A stretch of 33,757 nucleotides of DNA, taken from positions 1 through 33,757 of the forward strand of contig CBFDBS010000002.1 of NCBI GenBank assembly GCA_965603105.1, read 5' to 3'. Positions 33,735 to 33,757 of this stretch are shown here, piece by piece (positions within the stretch are counted from its first letter, which is position 1; each line of letters begins with the position of its first letter). Below the pieces are notes generated by a model, which made no database searches, was not told where the DNA came from, and worked only from the letters and a program-made list of their open reading frames with translations. This stretch comes from an uncultured bacterium. Its GTDB lineage: Bacteria; Acidobacteriota; Aminicenantia; Aminicenantales; Aminicenantaceae. Made by a program: the position numbers and the translations under genes.

Positions 33735-33757
33735 TTAGTGTTCTTCTTCATGGGCCA
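33735..33757 (-). CDS. atpB: 3' end of a gene ending ...AHEEEH*, probably ATP synthase subunit a
   Basis: Only 7 codons are visible. The His/Glu C-terminus and the position directly upstream of atpE fit subunit a. Confidence 0.4.

Noticed and set aside
1-33757. Defence systems, CRISPR arrays, prophage or IS elements, toxin-antitoxin pairs, retrons or DGRs.
   Set aside because: No direct-repeat or spacer array is present. There is no reverse transcriptase, integrase, transposase, nuclease/helicase/ATPase defence-type genes or small paired ORFs. Every large ORF except the 732-aa orphan and the COG2403 protein has a clear housekeeping identity.

Overview
This is a densely coding 33.8-kb stretch of a bacterial chromosome, roughly 50% GC by eye. 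lpxD and an F-type ATPase c subunit point to a diderm lineage, but I cannot assign a phylum from the sequence alone. I call about 37 protein-coding genes or gene fragments, one tRNA-Val(GAC), two near-consensus sigma70-type promoters and a small family of palindromic intergenic repeats.

The window falls into three blocks:
- **nt 1133-10362, minus strand:** a tightly packed ~9-kb operon. Its order is COG2403-type P-loop protein, carbamate kinase, ornithine carbamoyltransferase, a 732-aa orphan protein with a long Lys/Glu/Pro-rich tail, an FAD oxidoreductase, an ornithine-cyclodeaminase/mu-crystallin homologue, a Cys/Thr-type proline-racemase homologue and small membrane ORF(s). A 5'-truncated selB converges on it from the left.
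- **nt 10956-31455, plus strand:** 20 kb of co-directional housekeeping genes. These are a yfcE-like phosphoesterase, a Gfo/Idh/MocA oxidoreductase, tRNA-Val, thrS-infC-rpmI-rplT-pheS-pheT, a zapB-like gene with zapA, rny-ymdB, xseA-xseB-ispA-dxs, tlyA-nadK, glgA and trxA-trxB.
- **nt 31551-33757, minus strand:** lpxD, a disrupted yihY/brkB-family gene, atpE and the last codons of atpB.

I see no CRISPR array, transposase, integrase, prophage, toxin-antitoxin pair or recognisable defence gene, and I do not see a clear-cut novel system.

The items most worth a second look are:
- the composition of the minus-strand operon, especially the uncharacterised P-loop protein coupled to arcC/argF and the orphan 732-aa protein
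- a 593-bp ORF-free divergent region with GC-rich, mutually exclusive hairpins and a possible small minus-strand transcription unit
- a repeated palindromic element downstream of xseA, dxs and trxB
- two probable frameshifted or degraded genes
- a non-AUG infC start, together with an atypical infC/rpmI/rplT layout
- a PheT that lacks the OB-fold B2 domain

All functional calls come from reading motifs by eye. No database search was run.
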